Assembly: GCA_964016885.1 (NCBI GenBank)
Contig: OZ024761.1
Coordinates: 28,954,001 to 29,018,000 of the forward strand
Direction: 5' to 3'
Origin: Eledone cirrhosa
Taxonomy: Eukaryota
DNA length: 64,000 nt
Position numbers and translations under genes: made by a program. The notes beneath the pieces are model-generated. The model saw only the letters and a list, made by a program, of their open reading frames with translations, did no database searches and was not told where the DNA came from. Below, piece by piece: positions 55,887 to 64,000 of this stretch (its first letter is position 1; every line of letters begins with the position of its first letter).

Positions 55887-56159
55887 GACACACAGACACA
55901 CACACACACACACTCACACATATATATATATATATATTTACATACATATATATATATACATATATATATACATACATATATATACACACACATATACACA
56001 CATATATATATATACATATATATACATACATATATATATACATACATACATATACATATATATACATACATATATATATATACATATATATATACATACA
56101 TATATATATACATACATATACATATATATACATATATATATATATATACATATATACAT

Positions 56160-56192
<33 letters not shown>

Positions 56193-56199
56193 ATTTTTT

Positions 56200-57323
<1,124 letters not shown>

Positions 57324-57336
57324 TATTTTCTACATT

Positions 57337-57404
<68 letters not shown>

Positions 57405-57840
57405 GTTATATAGTAAGGTGCATTATTGGTTGTGTAAAATGGTCCAATAACTTTATGTTAGCAATATTAAGTTCTCCACGCTTTTGTATATCTCCAATTC
57501 CATTCGGGGGAACAGCTAGATGATGTAAAACGGAGTATATGATATATATATATATATATAACATTACGGGGTCGATAAAATAAAGTACCAGTAATACTGG
57601 GTAATTGCTGGCCTTGTGCCTAAAATAGAAACAATTATATATATATATAAATCTACCAATCAATGGTAGGGTCTAAACCCGTATGAAAAACTCAATGTAA
57701 TCCGTATGTAGACGTGAAGCGAAGTTTAAAATACAAAATTTTCAACGATATAATTCATTGGATACAGTCAAAAATAGAAATATTAAAACAAGGAAATTAA
57801 ACACACCGTTTTGTGTTTAATTTCATTGTTTTAATATTTC

Positions 57841-57880
<40 letters not shown>

Positions 57881-57884
<4 letters not shown>

Positions 57885-58302
57885 GAGATCAAAAGATGGT
57901 TAAAGGAGTTCCATATATTTTATTATGCGCATTTCAAAAACAAACATCATCATGCAATAATATTTGTGTTTTCATCAGATAAAATATGAGAACATGATAT
58001 GAAGGCTAAAAAACACTTGTGGATAGTGCAGTTTTAAATCAACATATCTATGTTGATTTAAAACTGCACTATCCACAAGTGTTTTTTAGCCTTCATATCA
58101 TGTTCTCCTATTTTATCTGATGAAAACACAAATATTATTGCATGATGATGTTTGTTTTTGAAATGCGCATAATAAAATATATGGAACTCCTTTAACCATC
58201 TTTTGATCTTATATTATGCATACTCCAGTCCCACAAACTGTAGAGTGCTTCTTATCCGATATCTGCATTGCTTTATTGTACTACAATAAAACTCACCTCC
58301 TA
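57881..58302. mobile_element. Fold-back element, family F, with HHRs at 57916-57986(-) and 58109-58179(+)
   Basis: 166-bp arms with 2-nt spacer; TATTTTAT-CTGATGA-stem II-GAAA-TGCGCA-TA-ATAAAATA. Confidence 0.87.
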
Positions 58303-59420
58303 CATATATATATATATATGTAAATATATGTATATGTGCGCGTGTATTGTATATTATAATCAGTATCGGTAGAGAATCTGACGACATGCTTTGCAGCATA
58401 GAGTTACGGCCCTTTACTTTCTGAGTGCAAATCCCGCCGAGGTTAACTTCGCCTTTCATCCTTATGGGGTCGATAAAATAAAGTACCAGTAATGCACTGA
58501 GATAATTGCTGGCCTTGTGCCAAAAGCAGAAACAATTATAATATTTTTTTATTTTTTATTCTACTTTGCCAAGTTATTCCTAGCTGGGTCACGTGGTAGC
58601 AAGTTCGTCAAACTTGCCTTCCAGCCGGTCCTGCCTAAAGTATTATATATATAATAGAATATATATTATATATATTATAAATATTATCTAAATATATATT
58701 GTATATTATAATAGATATCATATATACAATATATATTATAAATAATGTATAATATACACTATATATTATAATATATTATTATATATTATATCTATATTAT
58801 ATACAATATATTATATATACTGCCAAATATTAGTGTCTGGTGGTGCCAGGTGGCAGAAAGAAACCGCCAGGAACTGGTCTCTTGTGGCACGTGGTAATGT
58901 TTCTATAGCAACAGTGGTTTCCTTGGTCTTACCAAAGTAAGTGGAGAGGGGAAGGTAATATTTCTGTAACACCAACCACTTCTCTATGTCTAAAGAAATA
59001 CAAAGGGGGAAGGGGAAGGTAATGTTTCTATGACACTCGGTTTCTCTCTCTCTCTCTCTCTCCCCCCCTCTCTCTCTCTCCCTCTTTCCCTCTCTAAAGA
59101 AATACAAGGGGGAAGGGGAAGGTAATATTTCTGAGACAATTGGATTCTCTCTCACTCTCTTTCTTTCTCTCTCTTTCTCGTTCTCTCTCCTTCCTTCTTT
59201 CTCTCTCTCTCTTTATTTCCTTCTTTCTCTCCCCTCCCCCTTCCTTAACAAAGATATAGAAGTGGAAAGTTACTATAACGCGTGTGATTTCTTTCTCTCT
59301 AGATACGAGGTGGGGATTCGATCGCGAGCTCTGACAGTTTCAACTTCTATCCTATCGGCGCCCCAGCATGGCCTCAGCCAGTCAGCTGAAACACGTAAAA
59401 GAGTACATATGTATGTATGT

Positions 59421-60026
59421 CAGGTCACCAGTTGGTGCTACTGGTAACATGTATCCCAGTACAACCTGTCTCATGGTCGGGTCGTTGGCGACTAAACTGG
59501 CAACCCCACCAAGGTTTCTTGGTGAGGAGGGTGACTTTGGACATCCTGCAGGACTAAAAACAAAACCTGTCAAAGGGCAAAGGAGTTCTTAAGAGTCAAT
59601 GGCTATCCAAAATCACCGGGAGAGATGACCCCTTAGCCTTTGTCAAGGCAGAATTCTAGGAGAAGGAAAACTCTGATATAACACCTGCAACCCTGATGGT
59701 ATCCAATGATGTTGACTTGTTCTTCTTTTTGGTAAATATCATCTTGGTTAAGAGAGTGGGACTGGCTTTGTGCAGTGCCTTTTCTCACTATAAAAGCTTC
59801 ACGGCACAGGCATTGCTTTATATCTGGAGATCTCTCTGCACTTGTCCTCACATGGTACCATGGGCCCAGCACTATGTGTCAATAATTGTCACAAGTGTAG
59901 TGTTTGTACCAGAGTTTTCAAGTCGCTGGCTGGACTAAAAAGTCACACTCGTTCAGCGCATCGGTAGGGGTTCTCCTACATGGATATAAAGTAGTGGCCG
60001 TACTCGAAAACAAGTTGGCAGCCACC
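59421..60026 (+). mobile_element. Non-autonomous RTE-like derivative (longest copy)
   Basis: CHKCSVCTRVFKSLAGLKSHTRSAHR* at 59887-59967; no RT sequence; three copies in the window. Confidence 0.72.
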
Positions 60027-60104
60027 ATATATATGTATATATATTTCGTTTTTTTTTTATTGTTTTGCAAGAATTCTCATCTGAAATCGTGTGTTGAAAA
60101 AGAT

Positions 60105-60563
60105 ATTGTTATAGTTTGGGAGGGACTAGCACCAAACTTTGGCATTGGGAGCTGGACCAACCCCCGAACAGGACGTTACTGTGTGGTGCCAAAGGTCCCG
60201 TCTTCCACATCTAGAATAAGGAGCAGATATTGCAATAGCATGGTGTTCAAAGGGCCTCAACTCTTTAACAAGCTGCCGAGGCATTTGAGAGATCTGCATG
60301 GTGCGGACGTGAATGTTTTCAAGAAAGATCTCGACACCCTGCTATCCAGGATCCCGGATGAGCCGACAGAACGGTACGAAGATAACCTAAGGGCAGCAAC
60401 AACGAACTCCTTCTTGCACCATGTGGCGAGAGCAGACCCCAGATCGCTGAAACTCACAGAGGAAGGACCGTGACGGGTGGAGAGATGCTGTGCTGAATAG
60501 GACCCGTCCAACCCTTGCAAGCAGGGAAAAGCGGACGTAAAATGATGATGATGATGATGATGA
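60105..60563 (+). mobile_element. CR1/Jockey-group-like LINE C-terminus joined to an RTE 3' end
   Basis: GPQLFNKLPRHLRD..FKKDLDTLLSRIPDEP, then VARADPRSLKLTEE and the RTE tail. Confidence 0.7.
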
Positions 60564-60584
60564 TATATACGTATGTATGTATAT

Positions 60585-61224
60585 ATCACCACAGTCCTCA
60601 CCACCAACACTACCACCACCACCACCACAGTCAACACCATCCTCATCACCACAACCAACAACCCCCACCATCACCACCACCCTCCTCCTCCTCACCACCA
60701 CCAACACGACGACGACGACGACCACCACCACCACCACCACCACCACCAGTCAACACCATCCTCATCACCACAAACAACAACCCCCACCATCACCACCACC
60801 ACCCTCCTCCTCCTCACCACCACGACCACCACCATGACCACCACCACCAACACGACGACCACCACCACCACCACCACCACCACCACCACCACCACCACAG
60901 TCCTCACCACCACCACTACCACCACCATCCTCATCACCACAAACAACCCCCACCATCACCACCACCCTCCTCGCACCATGACCACCACCACCAACACCAC
61001 CATCCACTCTGTCTTTTTTCCCTGCCCCCACCGCCTCCATCCAACCTATATTTTCTCACTTCTCTTTCTGCCTCTCTGCCACTTGATAAAATGTTCCATC
61101 ATTGATTTGTACTCCATGAACCTAGACTGACCAACTTTCTTTTTCTCTTTCTCTCTCTATTTCTTTATCTATCTATCAATCTCTCATTCTCTACCTATTG
61201 ATCTCTCTCTCTCTCACTCTCTCA

Positions 61225-61288
<64 letters not shown>

Positions 61289-61335
61289 CTATCTATGTCT
61301 CTCACTCCCTCTCTCTTGTTCTCTCTCTCTCTTTA

Positions 61336-61374
<39 letters not shown>

Positions 61375-61517
61375 TACCTACATACACACACGCACACACC
61401 AATATACCTACCTATATATACATATACATACATACATACATTTATATATATATATATATATATACTATATGTATATATAGGTAGGTATATTGGTGTGTGC
61501 GTGTGTGTATGTAGGTA

Positions 61518-61592
<75 letters not shown>

Positions 61593-63495
61593 GCACTCTT
61601 TATCTATCTATCCAGACATCTATCTCTTCTCTTTCCTTCTCACATTCGTTTCTTTTGCATGACTTTCTGTGTAGTTGTTGTTGTTGTTACTGTTGGTGTT
61701 GTTGGTGGTGGTGTTGGTGGAGGTGTAATTGGTGGTGGTGTTGGTGGTGTCGTTGGTGGTGTTGTTGGTGGTGTTGTTGTTGGTGGTGTAGTTGGTGGTG
61801 GTGTAATTGGTGGTGGTAGAGGTGTAATTGGTGGTGGTGTTGGTGGTGGTGTTGGTGGTGGTGTTGGTGGAGGTGTTGGTGGTGGTGTTGGTGGTGTTGT
61901 TGTTGGTGGTATAGTTAGTGGTGGTGGAGGTGTAATTGGTGGTGTTGGTGGTGTTGTTGGTGGTGGTGTAGTTGGTGGTGGTGTTGGTGGAGGTGTAATT
62001 GGTGGTGGTGTTGGCGGTGTAGTTGGTGGTGGTGTTGGTGGTGTTGGTGGTGTTGGTGGTGGTGTTGGTGGAGGTGTAATTGGTGGTGGTGTTGGTGGTG
62101 TAGTTGGTGGTGGTGTTGGTGGTGATGGCGGTGTAGTTGGTCGTGGTGGTGGTGGTGGTGGTGTAAACAATGTGGATATGTATGTGTGGGGAAGAGGCAT
62201 TAAAGCCACTTAGACCTGATAGGGTTTATAGGATCCACAAGATAATCCACCATCTCAATCACCACCACCATCACCATTAATACCACTAATACCATCACCA
62301 CCACCATCACCATTATCACCACCACCATCACCATTAATACCACTAATACCATCACCACTATTACAACCACCATTATCACCACCACCATCACCATTAATAC
62401 CACTAATACCACCACCATCACCATTATCACCACCACCATCACCATTAATACCACTAATACCATCACCACCACCATCACCATTAATACCACTAATACCATC
62501 ACCACCACCATCACCATTATCACCACCACCATCACCATTAATACCACTAATACCATCACCACCATCATCACCATTAATATCATCATTAATATCACCAATA
62601 CTAACACTAATACCACCGCCACTAATATGAATGACAACCACCACCACCACCAATACCATCACCACCATCACAGCCAATACCATCAATACCACTACCACTG
62701 CCACTAATACACACTACCACCATCACCAATACCACCACCACCACCAATACCATCACCACCACCATTAATATCACAACCACTACCACCAATACCATCAGTA
62801 CCCCCACCATCACCATCAATTCCATCAATACCACTACCACTAATACCACCACCTCCACCATCACAACCAATAGCACCACCCCCACCACCACCACCACCAC
62901 CATCACAACCAATACCATCCCACCTCCACCACCACCTTCACAACCAATACCACCACCACCACCATCACAACCAATACCATCATCACCACCACCACCATCA
63001 CAACCAATACCATCACAACCAATACCATCACAACCAATACCACCACCACCGCCACCATGACAACCAATACCATCATCACCACCACCACCATCACGACCAA
63101 CACCATCACAACCAATACCACCACCACCACCACAACTAATACCACCACCACCACCACCATCACAACCAATACCACCACCACCGCAACCAATACCACCACC
63201 ACCACCATCGCAACCAATACCACCACCACCACCATCACAACCAATACCACCACCACCACCACAACCAACACCATCACCACCACCACCACCACCACCATCA
63301 CAACCAATACCATCACAACCAATACCATCACAACCAATACCATCACAACCAATACCACCACCACCACCATGACAACCAATACCATCACCACCACCACCAC
63401 CATCACAACCAATACCACCACCACCACCATTACAACCAATACCATCACAACCAATACCATCACAACCAATACCACCACCACCACCACCACCACAC
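60585..63495. repeat. Cluster of (CAC)n/(GGT)n compound triplet minisatellites with (CT)n and (TA)n
   Basis: Direct inspection. Confidence 0.92.
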
Positions 63496-63787
63496 TTCAC
63501 TTCCACAATTCATGTCACAAACAATAAGAAGAAAGAATAATGAAATTCAAGGCAATGACTATGGTGACAACAACAACAACAACAACAATAATATATTCTC
63601 AAACGATTTTCTATTGTCGGCGTGGAGGGCCACAGTTGCTGAGGGGACAGTATTAAGATGAAATATAAAAGAAAGCAAAGAGCATAAAAAAAAGACAGCA
63701 ACAGATGAAAAAATAAAACCTCATTGAAGGAAAGATTTCCATTGAAATTAGAGTGAGGTCAACAGCAACAACAGTCACAACAACAGT

Positions 63788-64000
63788 AATTGTTTCTACG
63801 TTTGGCACAAGGCCAGCAATTACCCAGTACATTACTGGTACTTTATTTTATCGACCCCGTAAGGATGAAAGGCAAAGCTAACCTCGGCGGCATTTGTACC
63901 CAGTACATTACTGGTACTTTATTTCATCGACCCCGTAAGGATGAAAAGCAAAGCTAACCTCGGCGGCATTTGTACCCAGTACATTACTGGTACTTTATTT
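63788..64000 (-). repeat. SINE-derived 76-bp tandem repeat running off the window end
   Basis: TACCCAGTACATTACTGG at 63821, 63897 and 63973. Confidence 0.85.

Noticed and set aside
59421-59510. Possible HDV-like ribozyme at the 5' end of the RTE-like derivative
   Set aside because: CCAGT/ACTGG pairing and a CTAA after a hairpin are present, but I could not build convincing P1, P3 and L3 elements

Overview
Eukaryotic, repeat-saturated, apparently intronic or intergenic DNA. The SINE/LINE repertoire and (TA)n/(CA)n density look like an octopod cephalopod (inference). No host exon could be supported, and nearly all ORF-track entries are microsatellite artefacts. Recognisable mobile DNA includes an internally deleted DD37D (maT) Tc1/mariner, a Helitron remnant, RTE, Tx1/L1 and CR1-like LINE fragments, several tRNA-derived SINE families and a Penelope-like element (PLE) GIY-YIG fragment. 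The main signal is about 23 minimal type I hammerhead ribozyme (HHR) motifs (CUGANGA...GAAA...UH, stems checked by eye), plus degenerate or half copies, from roughly ten unrelated sequence families. Most lie in 130-400 bp fold-back (palindromic) elements at (TA)n tracts, which put a ribozyme on each strand. One lies in a 310-bp-period direct repeat (retrozyme-like). Many of the families also share a covarying bulged hairpin, ACTC-stem-loop-stem-YY-GAGT, downstream of the ribozyme. All structures were read manually; no folding or database search was run.
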